Source: Candidatus Cloacimonadales bacterium
GTDB taxonomy: Bacteria > Cloacimonadota > Cloacimonadia > Cloacimonadales > JAIOQZ01
Length of the DNA: 64,000 nucleotides
Assembly (NCBI GenBank): GCA_963665815.1
Contig: OY762463.1
Coordinates: 3,744,001 to 3,808,000, forward strand
Reading direction: 5' to 3'
The stretch's first letter is position 1. The number at the start of each line of letters is the position of its first letter. Positions 10,813 to 20,519 of the stretch are shown here, piece by piece. The notes beneath the pieces are model-generated. The model searched no databases. It had not been told where the DNA came from and saw only the letters and a program-made list of their open reading frames with translations. Made by a program: the position numbers and the translations under genes.

Positions 10813-11826
10813 ATGGAAAAAAAAATAAAAACAAAAATAGAGTTTATCTCATTAGATGATCTGAAATCGGTTCTGATGAACCAGATTGTGGTTCTTGATA
10901 AAAAAGTATACATACATTACAGAAGTTTGTTCAGTAAAACTGAGAGATTTCTGTTTACTCCCAATGAGGATAACAAGAACTTATATACTGTCAGGAAGAT
11001 ATATTCTTTCCTTGATAAGATAAATGCAGTTAGAACAGATACAGTGTATTCTACAGGTGGTGGAATTACAACAGATATTGGTGGATTTGCAGCTGCCACT
11101 TTTAAAAGAGGAATGAAGTCTGTTCTTATTCCAACTACTCTACTAAGTATGGTCGATGCCGCGGTAGGAGGAAAAACCGGAGTTAATTTCAGGGGATCCA
11201 AAAATCTCGTAGGAGTTTTTAATCAACCTGAAAAAGTATATATTTGCATGGATTTCCTGAAAAGTCTATCTGAAAAACAGATAGGGGAGGGTTTAGCAGA
11301 GATTCTGAAGATTGGTATTGTTGCAGGCAAACATATTCTTAAGGATCTTTCAGGAGAAAACATATCCGAGGATATCATCAGAAAGGCAATTGAGCTGAAA
11401 ATAAGCGTTTGCGAACAAGATGTGTATGACCACTCTGCGAGAATGATGCTTAACTTCGGGCATACTTTTGCTCATGCAGTGGAGAAAGCCTCCGGTTATT
11501 CTGTATCTCATGGCAATGCCGTAAGTTATGGAATGATCACAGCAATAGAAATAAGTGAGAAGTTGGGACTCCTGAAATCCTATACATCAGAGGAAATGAA
11601 GTCTTTAATGAAAGGATTGAATTTAGACTACCAGTTAAGTGATGAAATTGCTGCAAGATTGCTTAAGAAATGTGATCACTATTTCCTCAAGGATAAGAAG
11701 AAATCCAATTATATAAGATTTGTGTTGTTGGAAGATCTTGAGAAACCTTTAATCTCGAATAATAATCAGGAATCTGAGATTATAGAGCTATTTAAAGCTA
11801 AACTGGGAAAGCAATTACGTAAATAA
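10813..11826 (+). CDS. aroB: 3-dehydroquinate synthase
   Basis: GGGITTDIGGF, PTTLLSMVDAAVGGKTGVN, LNFGHTFAHAVE and HGNAV motifs. ATG at 10813 just after the upstream stop. Confidence 0.93.
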   Translation: MEKKIKTKIEFISLDDLKSVLMNQIVVLDKKVYIHYRSLFSKTERFLFTPNEDNKNLYTVRKIYSFLDKINAVRTDTVYSTGGGITTDIGGFAAATFKRGMKSVLIPTTLLSMVDAAVGGKTGVNFRGSKNLVGVFNQPEKVYICMDFLKSLSEKQIGEGLAEILKIGIVAGKHILKDLSGENISEDIIRKAIELKISVCEQDVYDHSARMMLNFGHTFAHAVEKASGYSVSHGNAVSYGMITAIEISEKLGLLKSYTSEEMKSLMKGLNLDYQLSDEIAARLLKKCDHYFLKDKKKSNYIRFVLLEDLEKPLISNNNQESEIIELFKAKLGKQLRK

Positions 11827-11867
11827 AAAAAACAGCCTGTCTTTAGTGTTACAGGCTGCTTCTTTTC
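11825..11867. terminator. Probable bidirectional intrinsic terminator between convergent aroB and degP
   Basis: CAGCCTGT/ACAGGCTG stem (11833-11858) with an A-run on the left and a T-rich tract on the right. Confidence 0.75.
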
Positions 11868-11879
11868 TATACAGGTGTA

Positions 11880-13319
11880 CTATTTGATATTGACTGTCAG
11901 GAATTTGTAAATCCCATTTTTTGATACTACATGAAAGAGCACTAATGAACCTGAGTAATCCTTATCGATTTTATCAAGAATCTTATCAAAATCTTTTACA
12001 TTTTTAATTCTGCTATTGTTGATCTCCAGTATAGTATCTCCTACCGATAAACTGGATGATGCCGCGAAGGATTCCGGTTCGATGTTTGTTATTACAACAC
12101 CTTCTAAATCCTTAAGTCCCATTCTTCTGGCAATATCCGAGTCGCTGTCTACAACATCAAGGCCTAAACCTGAGTTATTATCCTTACTTTCGCTTCTTGA
12201 CGCAACACTTCTATCAGGGAATTCTTCTAACTTAGCATAGATATTTTTGTGTTTACCATCTCTGATGATACCAAGGTTTACTTTCTTATTGATTTCTTTA
12301 TTAGCAATCTGAATTCTGAATTTAGCAAGATTTTCAACTGTTTTTCCGTCGATTTCAATTATTACATCACCTTTTTTAAGTCCGGCTTTATCAGCAGGAG
12401 TATCATCTTCAACTTTAGCTATAAGAACTCCATTCAGATCTTCAAGGTTCATCATTTTACCTAAATCTTCTGTCAGTTCCTGTGGTAACACTCCAAGATA
12501 AGCTCTGACAACTTTTCCCTTATCCATGATATCGTTAACTACTTTCTTTACCAGATTAACAGGGATTGCAAAACCGATACCCACATTTCCACCGGCAGGT
12601 GAAGTTATAGCAGCATTGACTCCTATAACTTTGCCATGAATATCTACCAACGGACCTCCACTGTTCCCCGGATTAATTGCTGCATCTGTTTGAATGTAGT
12701 CCTGATAAACAGGAGAATCTGAACCGAAATTAAGATTTGATCTACCTTTAGCAGAAATAACACCTACAGTAACTGTTCTGTCCAGACCAAGCTGACCAAA
12801 CGGATTACCGATGGCAATTGCCCAGTCACCTATTTCGAGAGACTCCGAATCTCCCAACGGGATTTTTGAAAGAGGAAAGTCTTTATTTTTCTCAATTTTG
12901 ATTACAGCAAGATCTGTTGATGGATCTCGACCAACGATTTCGCCTTTATACTTGTGCTTTTCTCCAATAGAAACCGTTATATCCCCTTCAGTCTGCACAA
13001 CGTGATTATTCGTGATTATATAAGCGTGTTTAGAATCTGTTTTGTATATGAATCCTGATCCCATTTGAGTAGATTTTCTTGAATTGGGCATTCTGGGAGC
13101 AAAAAATTTGAAAAAATCATCATCAAATGGTGAACTGTATGTTCTGCCCCTGAGTTTTATTTCAGACTCAACTTTGATATTTACTACGGCATCTCTGGTA
13201 TTTTTTACTACCTCTACAAAAGGAGATTTTCCATCACTGTTTACAGGTGGATAAGCTGAAAGCATGGTTGTAAATAATGATATTGCAACCAGTAAGATTA
13301 CTAATTTCATGTTTCTCAT
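11880..13319 (-). CDS. degP: DegP/DegQ (Do-family) periplasmic serine protease with two PDZ domains
   Basis: Signal peptide, TNNHVV, DLAVIK, QTDAAINPGNSGGPL. GGAGG RBS before ATG at 13319. Confidence 0.93.
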   Translation of the reverse strand: MRNMKLVILLVAISLFTTMLSAYPPVNSDGKSPFVEVVKNTRDAVVNIKVESEIKLRGRTYSSPFDDDFFKFFAPRMPNSRKSTQMGSGFIYKTDSKHAYIITNNHVVQTEGDITVSIGEKHKYKGEIVGRDPSTDLAVIKIEKNKDFPLSKIPLGDSESLEIGDWAIAIGNPFGQLGLDRTVTVGVISAKGRSNLNFGSDSPVYQDYIQTDAAINPGNSGGPLVDIHGKVIGVNAAITSPAGGNVGIGFAIPVNLVKKVVNDIMDKGKVVRAYLGVLPQELTEDLGKMMNLEDLNGVLIAKVEDDTPADKAGLKKGDVIIEIDGKTVENLAKFRIQIANKEINKKVNLGIIRDGKHKNIYAKLEEFPDRSVASRSESKDNNSGLGLDVVDSDSDIARRMGLKDLEGVVITNIEPESFAASSSLSVGDTILEINNSRIKNVKDFDKILDKIDKDYSGSLVLFHVVSKNGIYKFLTVNIK

Positions 13320-13466
13320 TTTGGTTCCTCCAATTATTGATTTTTCATTTATTATAACTTTCATGAGATTTCTTTGTTACATCAATTATGATTTATTTTG
13401 ATGAATATTGTAAAAAATATTAGTTTACACAAGCTCTATGAATGATATTATTGTATCGGTAAAAAT

Positions 13467-13934
13467 ATGAAAAAAACAGAATTCAGAAAAAGTTTTAAAC
13501 TTGATGAAACTATCAGGGAAATAGTAAATCCTCGAAATGAGATTAAAATAAGCAGACCCTTGCTGGGGCATAAACTTCCGGCAGGTTTTCCTTCTCCGGC
13601 AGATGATTATATTGAGAAAAGTCTGGATTTGAATGAGTATCTTATTGCTCATCCTGCAGCTACATTCTTTATTAGAGTAGAAGGTGATTCCATGATAGGT
13701 GCCGGTATTCATGATAATGATATCCTTATTGTAGACAGAGCACTTGATGCCGGAGATAATTCAATTATTATTGCAGCCCTTGATGGATATCTGACAGTTA
13801 AAAGATTGATAAAGACAGATAAACTTTGGTACCTGCATCCCGAGAATTCTGATTATGAAGATATCAACCTGGAAGAGGGAAGTGACTTTACTATCTGGGG
13901 TGTTGTGACTTACGTTATCCATAAAGCTGAGTAA
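13467..13934 (+). CDS. umuD: UmuD, S24 peptidase subunit of Pol V
   Basis: PAGFPSPADDYIE autocleavage region, GDSM (Ser) and TVKRL (Lys). Confidence 0.93.
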   Translation: MKKTEFRKSFKLDETIREIVNPRNEIKISRPLLGHKLPAGFPSPADDYIEKSLDLNEYLIAHPAATFFIRVEGDSMIGAGIHDNDILIVDRALDAGDNSIIIAALDGYLTVKRLIKTDKLWYLHPENSDYEDINLEEGSDFTIWGVVTYVIHKAE

Positions 13935-13937
13935 TCA

Positions 13938-15218
13938 ATGGATGTTTTTGCCTTAGTAGACTGCAATAGCTTTTATGCTTCTTGTGAAAAGGTTTTTAAC
14001 CCTTCTTTGAGGGATAAGCCTGTTGCTGTTCTTTCCAATAATGATGGAATAATTGTTGCCCGATCAAAGGAAGTAAAAGAACTTGGAATCCCAATGGGGC
14101 AGCCTGTTTTCAAGATAGAACATCTTATCAGGAAACATGATGTTAAACTTTTTTCATCAAACTATACATTATATGCAGATTTATCCAGAAGAGTAATGGA
14201 GACGCTTAAAACATTCAGTCCTCAAGTGGAAGTTTATTCAATTGATGAAGCATTTGTGATTTTTCCTCTTAATACAGTACAAAGCTGTTCTCTTCGAGAA
14301 TACGGACTAAAGATTAAGAGAACTGTTGAGAAATGGACAGGAATTCCTGTTTCTGTAGGGATTGGTCCCAGTAAGACTCTGGCAAAGCTGGCAAACAGAC
14401 TGGCAAAGAAACGTCCTGAACTGGAAGGCATATACAGTCTTGTAAATTATAAAAATATAGATAGAATTCTGGATAGTGTGGATGTCAGTGAATTATGGGG
14501 GATAGGACGTCAATATGCAAAACTGCTCAAGAATGCAGGTATCAGAACAGCAAGACAGTTAAAGGAAGCTCCTGATCAATGGGTAAGAGAATATATGACG
14601 GTTGTGGGACTAAGGCTTGTTCATGAATTGAGGGGGATTCCTTGTTATGACGTTGAGCTGGAAGTAGACCCCAAAAAGGGAATTGTCAGTTCCAAATCTT
14701 TCGGGAGGTTAACATCTGATTTCGATGAGATCAGAGAATCGGTTGCAAGTTACACAGCCAGAGCTGCCGAAAAACTCAGGGCTCAAAAATCTGTCACAAG
14801 TTTTATTACCGTGTTTATAACAACAAATCCTTATAAAAAGGAAATGCCACAGTATGGGAATGTATTGACACGTGCATTCAAAGCTCCCACAGCAGATTCA
14901 TCCGTAATGATTAAGATGGCTTGCAGTATTTTTGAAAAGATTTACAAACCGGGTTTTCTTTACAAGAAATCCGGCGTTATGCTTACCGGAATAACTCATC
15001 AGGATGATGTTCAATACGATGCATTTACTAAGGCATATGTTGAGACAGAAGGAAAGACCGTAATGGAGATTATTGATAAGATTAACAAAGAACATGGTAG
15101 AGGCACAATTCAGATTGCCTCTATGGGAACAGAAAAAAAATGGAATATGAAAAGAAGTAAATTGTCTCCCCGATATACAACATCCTGGGATGAGCTGCCT
15201 AAAACACGAAACAAATAA
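13938..15218 (+). CDS. umuC: UmuC, Y-family DNA polymerase V
   Basis: LVDCNSFYASCE, VLSNNDG, YSIDEAF and C-terminal LSPRYTTSWDELP. Confidence 0.95.
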   Translation: MDVFALVDCNSFYASCEKVFNPSLRDKPVAVLSNNDGIIVARSKEVKELGIPMGQPVFKIEHLIRKHDVKLFSSNYTLYADLSRRVMETLKTFSPQVEVYSIDEAFVIFPLNTVQSCSLREYGLKIKRTVEKWTGIPVSVGIGPSKTLAKLANRLAKKRPELEGIYSLVNYKNIDRILDSVDVSELWGIGRQYAKLLKNAGIRTARQLKEAPDQWVREYMTVVGLRLVHELRGIPCYDVELEVDPKKGIVSSKSFGRLTSDFDEIRESVASYTARAAEKLRAQKSVTSFITVFITTNPYKKEMPQYGNVLTRAFKAPTADSSVMIKMACSIFEKIYKPGFLYKKSGVMLTGITHQDDVQYDAFTKAYVETEGKTVMEIIDKINKEHGRGTIQIASMGTEKKWNMKRSKLSPRYTTSWDELPKTRNK

Positions 15219-15292
15219 TACAGTACATTTTTCAGTATTTTAATTTATTACTTGTCATATTTTATATAAATCAAATACTAAGTATATAATAC

Positions 15293-15319
15293 TTAAGTTT
15301 AATGAGTTAAGTCCGATAT
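15293..15319 (+). promoter_or_regulatory. Sigma28 (FliA)-type promoter
   Basis: TTAA-N15-TCCGATAT versus consensus TAAA-N15-GCCGATAA, directly upstream of the flagellin cluster. Confidence 0.6.
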
Positions 15320-15335
15320 AGAATCAGGAGATACG

Positions 15336-16145
15336 ATGGATTTATATGGAGATGCTTTTGAAAGAATTAATGCCGCTTCTGAGATAAAGGTAGTGGACAG
15401 GCAGGATTCAGGGAATCAGAATCCTCCTTCATACCCTAATCATGATAAGAAGAAGCATAAAGAAGAAGCAGGCTCTGACAACTCAGATAGACTTCCGGAA
15501 TATGATGATTCGCAATGGATTCAGTATAATCTTGAACTTGGCAGACTTATAATTGAGAAGAAGAATCTGGAAATATCCCTTTACTCAGAAGAGAGAAAAT
15601 CCGGATCACGAGATTATGTTGCCAGTAAGATTGAATTGATTAAAAAGAATATATCTGAACTGGAAAATAAGATCGTAGCATTGGATTTTTCTTCTTTAAA
15701 GTTACCCGAATCACCTGTAGATGATGTCAATACTCAAATAAAATACCTGTCAAAATTACACAGGCTTTATAATGTATATCTTGAAATAACATCCAATGAA
15801 ACTTCAGCGATAGAGGAGGAGGATTTAGATACTCTTCAGCTGCTGATGGAACAGAAATCTACAGTTCTGGATTCAATACATACAACTCAAAATAATATCC
15901 TCTTTGATGTCTTTAAAAAAATGCCTGAAAAAACTGAAAAAAGAACTAAGGCAGATGCAATTCTTACCGATATTAATGTGAAGATTAAACAGATCATTGA
16001 CTCGGAAAACAAAAATAGTGTGGAGCTTGAGAACCAGAAAGAAGAGCTCAGACTTAGACTCGGTAAGAAAAGTATAGGTACAAGAGCGATCTCAAAATAT
16101 GCATCAGCACATATGAGATCACACTTTATCGATACAACCAAATAA
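15336..16145 (+). CDS. Hypothetical coiled-coil protein; C-terminal half FlgN/FliT-like flagellar chaperone
   Basis: AGGAG RBS. Helical C-terminal region (LEIT..AIEEEDLDTLQLLMEQK...Y...FID) resembles FlgN/FliT-type proteins. Flagellin context. Confidence 0.45.
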   Translation: MDLYGDAFERINAASEIKVVDRQDSGNQNPPSYPNHDKKKHKEEAGSDNSDRLPEYDDSQWIQYNLELGRLIIEKKNLEISLYSEERKSGSRDYVASKIELIKKNISELENKIVALDFSSLKLPESPVDDVNTQIKYLSKLHRLYNVYLEITSNETSAIEEEDLDTLQLLMEQKSTVLDSIHTTQNNILFDVFKKMPEKTEKRTKADAILTDINVKIKQIIDSENKNSVELENQKEELRLRLGKKSIGTRAISKYASAHMRSHFIDTTK

Positions 16146-16166
16146 AGAAAAAAGACACAGAACAAA

Positions 16167-16204
16167 GGGCAAGGAAGCCCGGAAAAAACAATCATCAAGG
16201 AGGA
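16167..16204 (+). promoter_or_regulatory. Putative CsrA-binding leader of flagellin 1
   Basis: GGGC-AAGGAA-GCCC hairpin with GGA in the loop, plus a second GGA in the SD sequence. Confidence 0.6.
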
Positions 16205-16209
16205 TGAAC

Positions 16210-17172
16210 ATGTCACTCTTTATTAACAACAACCAGTATGCATTAAATGCATCAAACAACTTAAGATCTCATTACGCTAACATGGGTAAGTCAATTGAAA
16301 GACTTACAACAGGTTTGAGAATTAACTCAGCAAGAGACGATGCTGCCGGAATGGCTGTCAGAGAAGAAATGAGATCTGACATTGCAACTTACAATCAAGG
16401 CATCAGAAATGCAGAAATGGCAATTAACATGCTTCAGACTGCAGAAAGCTCAATGGCAATCATCGATGAAAAGCTCATGAGAATGAAACAACTTGCAGAA
16501 CAAGCTGCAACCGGAACTTACACACATGAGCAAAGACAGATTATTCACTCAGAATTTGCTGCAATGGCTGCCGAAATTGACCGTATCGCTGAATCAACCG
16601 AGTTTGGCGGAAGAAAACTTCTCAACGGTGACTTATCTACAGATGCTCACAACAACATAACTGTTGGTGGATGGCTTCAATCAGGTCCTGCTACATTAAC
16701 AGCAGACAATTATGACAGTGATGGCGAATATCGTCACAATGTTGGTGTAAAAGTTCACTTTGGTCTCACAAACAATCGTCTTGAAGACTATTACTTCATT
16801 AACATTGGAGATATGACAACAAACGGACTGTTTGAGAAGGTTGGAAACGAAACAGATACAGCAGCAAGCAAAATTTCTGTATCAACTCAGCACGTAGCTC
16901 AGATTGCACTTGAGCAACTTGATTCAGCTATTCTTGAGAAAGAACACCAGAGAGCTCACCTTGGTTCAATGATGGTAAGGCTTGAAAACACAATAGCTCA
17001 CCTTCAGTCACAATCAGAAAACCTTCAGGCTGCGGAATCACAGATTTCAGATGTTGATGTAGCATCAGAAATGACAGAATTCGTAAAAAGTCAGGTTTTA
17101 ACACAGGCTGCAGTTGGAATGCTTGCTCAAGCTAATTCTCTTCCACAAATGGCTCTCCAGTTACTTGGATAA
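16210..17172 (+). CDS. fliC: Flagellin (divergent paralogue 1)
   Basis: RLTTGLRINSARDDAAG N-terminal motif and ISDVDVASEM...MLAQANSLPQMALQLLG C-terminal motif. AAGGAGG RBS. Confidence 0.95.
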   Translation: MSLFINNNQYALNASNNLRSHYANMGKSIERLTTGLRINSARDDAAGMAVREEMRSDIATYNQGIRNAEMAINMLQTAESSMAIIDEKLMRMKQLAEQAATGTYTHEQRQIIHSEFAAMAAEIDRIAESTEFGGRKLLNGDLSTDAHNNITVGGWLQSGPATLTADNYDSDGEYRHNVGVKVHFGLTNNRLEDYYFINIGDMTTNGLFEKVGNETDTAASKISVSTQHVAQIALEQLDSAILEKEHQRAHLGSMMVRLENTIAHLQSQSENLQAAESQISDVDVASEMTEFVKSQVLTQAAVGMLAQANSLPQMALQLLG

Positions 17173-17375
17173 TAAAAGAAAGATATAATCTCAAAAACAA
17201 GCTTCAGATAAAAAGAAATAATTACGAATAGAAAACAGATTTTTGACAAGAAAATAGATGTGATGTGATAGATGTGTTACCTGGCACAAATATCAAAACG
17301 CACTCATAGCAGAAGCTAAATTATGAGTAACTCGTTCCCAACACAAGGATGATTCACTCATCAAGGAGGAAAAAG

Positions 17376-18335
17376 ATGTCACTCGTAATTAACCATAATC
17401 TGATGGCTATGAACACAGCAAGAAACCTGACTTCGGCATATGGAAGATTAGGTAATTCAGTAGAAAGACTTTCAACAGGATTGAGAGTAAATTCAGCTGC
17501 AGACGATGCAGCCGGACTCGCAATTCGTGAGAGCATGAGAGCAGAAATTGCTTCTCTTAATCAAGGTGTCCGTAATGCACAGGATGGTATCTCAATGATC
17601 CAGACAGCAGAAGGTGCAATGGCGGTAATTGATGAAAAACTGATTCGTATGAAAGAGCTTGCAGAACAGGCTGCTACAGGAACATATACTAACGATCAAA
17701 GAATGATTATTCATTCTGAGTTCGCAGCAATGGCTTCTGAAATCGATAGAATCGCAACAGCGACAGATTTCAATGGAGTTCATCTGCTTGACGGTAATGT
17801 GTCAATGGCAGGAACAAATGGTCAATGGACCTCAACAAACAACTGGACTGCAACAGAAGGTCTCTGGACAAATAGTTCCGGATGGCAGGAAGTTAATGGT
17901 ACTGCTGCTGCAAACGGAGATGTTACCGGTGGTGTAAAAATCCACTTTGGCTCCGGAAACAGCAGAGCAGAAGACTATTACTTCTTCAGAATCGGTGATA
18001 TGAGAACTTCATCTCTCGGAGTAGGTTCCGAAGATGTTGCTGTAAGTACACAGCACTCTGCACAGCTCGCACTTGAAAGAATAAACACAGCTATCATCAG
18101 GAAAGAAAATGCGCGTGCTCAACTTGGAGCTATTCAAAACAGACTTGAAAACACGATAACTAATATCTCAATTCAGGCTGAGAATATCCAGGCATCTGAG
18201 TCACGTATTTCCGACGTTGATGTAGCTCAAGAAATGACTGAATTTACCCGTAATCAAATCCTTACACAGTCCGCAGTAGGTATGCTTGCACAAGCAAATT
18301 CATTACCTCAGATGGCACTAAGATTGATCGGTTAA
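17376..18335 (+). CDS. fliC: Flagellin 2
   Basis: MSLVINHNLMA...RLSTGLRVNSAADDAAG and conserved C-terminus. Start fixed by the AAGGAGG RBS. Confidence 0.96.
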   Translation: MSLVINHNLMAMNTARNLTSAYGRLGNSVERLSTGLRVNSAADDAAGLAIRESMRAEIASLNQGVRNAQDGISMIQTAEGAMAVIDEKLIRMKELAEQAATGTYTNDQRMIIHSEFAAMASEIDRIATATDFNGVHLLDGNVSMAGTNGQWTSTNNWTATEGLWTNSSGWQEVNGTAAANGDVTGGVKIHFGSGNSRAEDYYFFRIGDMRTSSLGVGSEDVAVSTQHSAQLALERINTAIIRKENARAQLGAIQNRLENTITNISIQAENIQASESRISDVDVAQEMTEFTRNQILTQSAVGMLAQANSLPQMALRLIG

Positions 18336-18467
18336 CTATTGAGTGGATTATTTTCTCATAGATTGGTTTGGTTAAGCCTAGAAATGTCAGCAGATATGCC
18401 ATAATCGTATGAGACATTTGTCTTATACAGTATCATGGAAGTACATTCAACCAATCAAGGAGGAAAG

Positions 18468-19427
18468 ATGTCACTCGTAATAAATCATAACCTGATGGCG
18501 ATGAATACAGCCAGAAATCTTACAACATCCTACGGTAACTTGAGTACATCCGTTCAAAGACTTTCAACAGGACTGCGTATTAATTCAGCAGCAGATGATG
18601 CTGCAGGATTGGCAATCCGTGAAGGTATGAGAGCTGAAATAGCTGCTATTAATCAAGGAGTTAGAAATGCTCAGGATGGTATCTCAATGATCCAGACAGC
18701 TGAAGGTGGTATGGCGGTAATTGACGAAAAGTTAATTCGTATGAAAGAATTGGCAGAACAGGCAGCTACCGGTACATATACAAACGAACAAAGAATGATT
18801 ATTCATTCTGAATTCTCAGCAATGGCCGCAGAAATCGATAGAATCGCAACAGCGACCGATTTCAATGGAATTCACTTATTAAACGGTAACGTTTCAATAG
18901 CTGGATCTAACGGTCAATGGACATCTTCAAATACATGGACAGCAACTGAAGGCTTGCATACAAACAGTAGTGGATGGCAAGAAACTAATGGAACAGCAGC
19001 AGCAAATGGAGACATCACAGGTGGAGCTAAGATTCACTTTGGACCTGCCAATGACAGGGCTGAAGATTATTACTTCATCAGAATCGGTGATGTTCGAACA
19101 AGCGCATTAGGTATCGGAGCATCTGAGGTAGCTGTAAGTACTCAGCACTCAGCTCAGCTTGCTCTCGAAAAACTAAACACAGCAATGGTCCGTAAGGAAA
19201 ATGCTCGTGCTGCACTTGGTGCTGTCCAGAATCGTCTGGAAAACACCATTACAAACTTATCCATCCAAGCTGAAAATGTTCAGGCTGCAGAATCGAGAAT
19301 TTCTGATGTTGACGTAGCACAAGAAATGACCGAGTTCACAAGAAATCAGATACTGACACAATCCGCAGTAGGTATGTTAGCGCAAGCTAATTCATTACCA
19401 CAAATGGCACTCAGACTTATAGGTTAG
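18468..19427 (+). CDS. fliC: Flagellin 3
   Basis: Same motifs as flagellin 2. AAGGAGGAAAG-ATG. Confidence 0.96.
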   Translation: MSLVINHNLMAMNTARNLTTSYGNLSTSVQRLSTGLRINSAADDAAGLAIREGMRAEIAAINQGVRNAQDGISMIQTAEGGMAVIDEKLIRMKELAEQAATGTYTNEQRMIIHSEFSAMAAEIDRIATATDFNGIHLLNGNVSIAGSNGQWTSSNTWTATEGLHTNSSGWQETNGTAAANGDITGGAKIHFGPANDRAEDYYFIRIGDVRTSALGIGASEVAVSTQHSAQLALEKLNTAMVRKENARAALGAVQNRLENTITNLSIQAENVQAAESRISDVDVAQEMTEFTRNQILTQSAVGMLAQANSLPQMALRLIG

Positions 19428-19510
19428 ATTGAGAGGCTTCTTTCCATAATTCGAGATTGGTTTGGTTCCCCGGCAAACAGCAGAATGTCGGCTGTATAAG
19501 ACTAATGTCT

Positions 19511-19548
19511 TATATTAGCAAGGATGACTAATATACCAATCAAGGAGG
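19511..19548 (+). promoter_or_regulatory. Putative CsrA-binding leader of flagellin 4
   Basis: TATATTAG-CAAGGATGA-CTAATATA hairpin with ANGGA in the loop, upstream of the SD. Equivalent CAAGGATG (17344) and CATGGAAG (18434) precede flagellins 2 and 3. Confidence 0.6.
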
Positions 19549-19552
19549 AAAG

Positions 19553-20512
19553 ATGTCACTCGTAATAAACCATAATTTGATGGCGTCGAATACTGCAAGA
19601 AATCTTACTGATTCTTACGGTCGTCTCGGCACGTCAGTGATGAGATTGTCTACAGGGCTACGTATCAATTCAGCAGCGGACGACGCTGCAGGTCTCGCAA
19701 TACGTGAAGGAATGAGAGCTGAAGTTGCATCATTGAATCAGGGAGTTAGAAATGCCCACGATGGTATTTCCATGATTCAAACAGCAGAAGGTGCAATGGC
19801 AGTTATCGATGAAAAACTTATACGTATGAAAGAGTTAGCAGAGCAAGCCGCTACCGGAACGTATACTAACGAGCAACGCTTGATTATACATTCCGAGTTT
19901 TCAGCAATGGCAGCTGAAATTGATAGAATAGCCACAGCCACAGATTTCAACGGGGTTAAGCTTCTGAATGGAAATGTCTCTATAGCCGGATCCGGTGGTT
20001 CCTGGTCTTCAACGAATACCTGGAGCGCTACAGAAGGCTTATGGACAAACAGTAGTGGTTGGCAGGAAGTTTCTGGTTCTGCCGATGCAAACGGTAATGT
20101 TACCGGTGGTGCAAAAATTCACTTCGGACCTGCTAATGACAGGGCTGAAGATTACTACTTTGTACGTATAGGTGATGTGCGAACAAGTGCTTTGGGAATT
20201 GGCTCAGCTGATGTTGCAGTCAGTACTCAGGATGCTGCACAGGCTGCTCTCGAGAAAATCAATACGGCTATGATTCGTAAAGAGAACGCTCGGGCTGCAC
20301 TCGGTGCTGTTCAAAACCGATTGGAGAACACAATAACTAACTTGTCAATTCAAGCTGAGAATATTCAGTCAGCAGAATCTCGTGTCTCAGATGTGGACGT
20401 AGCTCTGGAAATGACAGAATTTGTGAGAAATCAAATTCTAACACAGGCTGCAGTCGGAATGCTTGCACAAGCTAATTCGTTGCCTCAAATGGCTTTGCGT
20501 CTGATAGGATAA
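19553..20512 (+). CDS. fliC: Flagellin 4
   Basis: Same motifs as flagellin 2. AAGGAGGAAAG-ATG. Confidence 0.96.
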   Translation: MSLVINHNLMASNTARNLTDSYGRLGTSVMRLSTGLRINSAADDAAGLAIREGMRAEVASLNQGVRNAHDGISMIQTAEGAMAVIDEKLIRMKELAEQAATGTYTNEQRLIIHSEFSAMAAEIDRIATATDFNGVKLLNGNVSIAGSGGSWSSTNTWSATEGLWTNSSGWQEVSGSADANGNVTGGAKIHFGPANDRAEDYYFVRIGDVRTSALGIGSADVAVSTQDAAQAALEKINTAMIRKENARAALGAVQNRLENTITNLSIQAENIQSAESRVSDVDVALEMTEFVRNQILTQAAVGMLAQANSLPQMALRLIG

Positions 20513-20519
20513 CGTTAAG

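Noticed and set aside
17282..17297. Sigma54 promoter (TGGCAC) before flagellin 2
   Set aside because: No TTGC/GC -12 element at the required spacing (TGGCACAAATATCAA).
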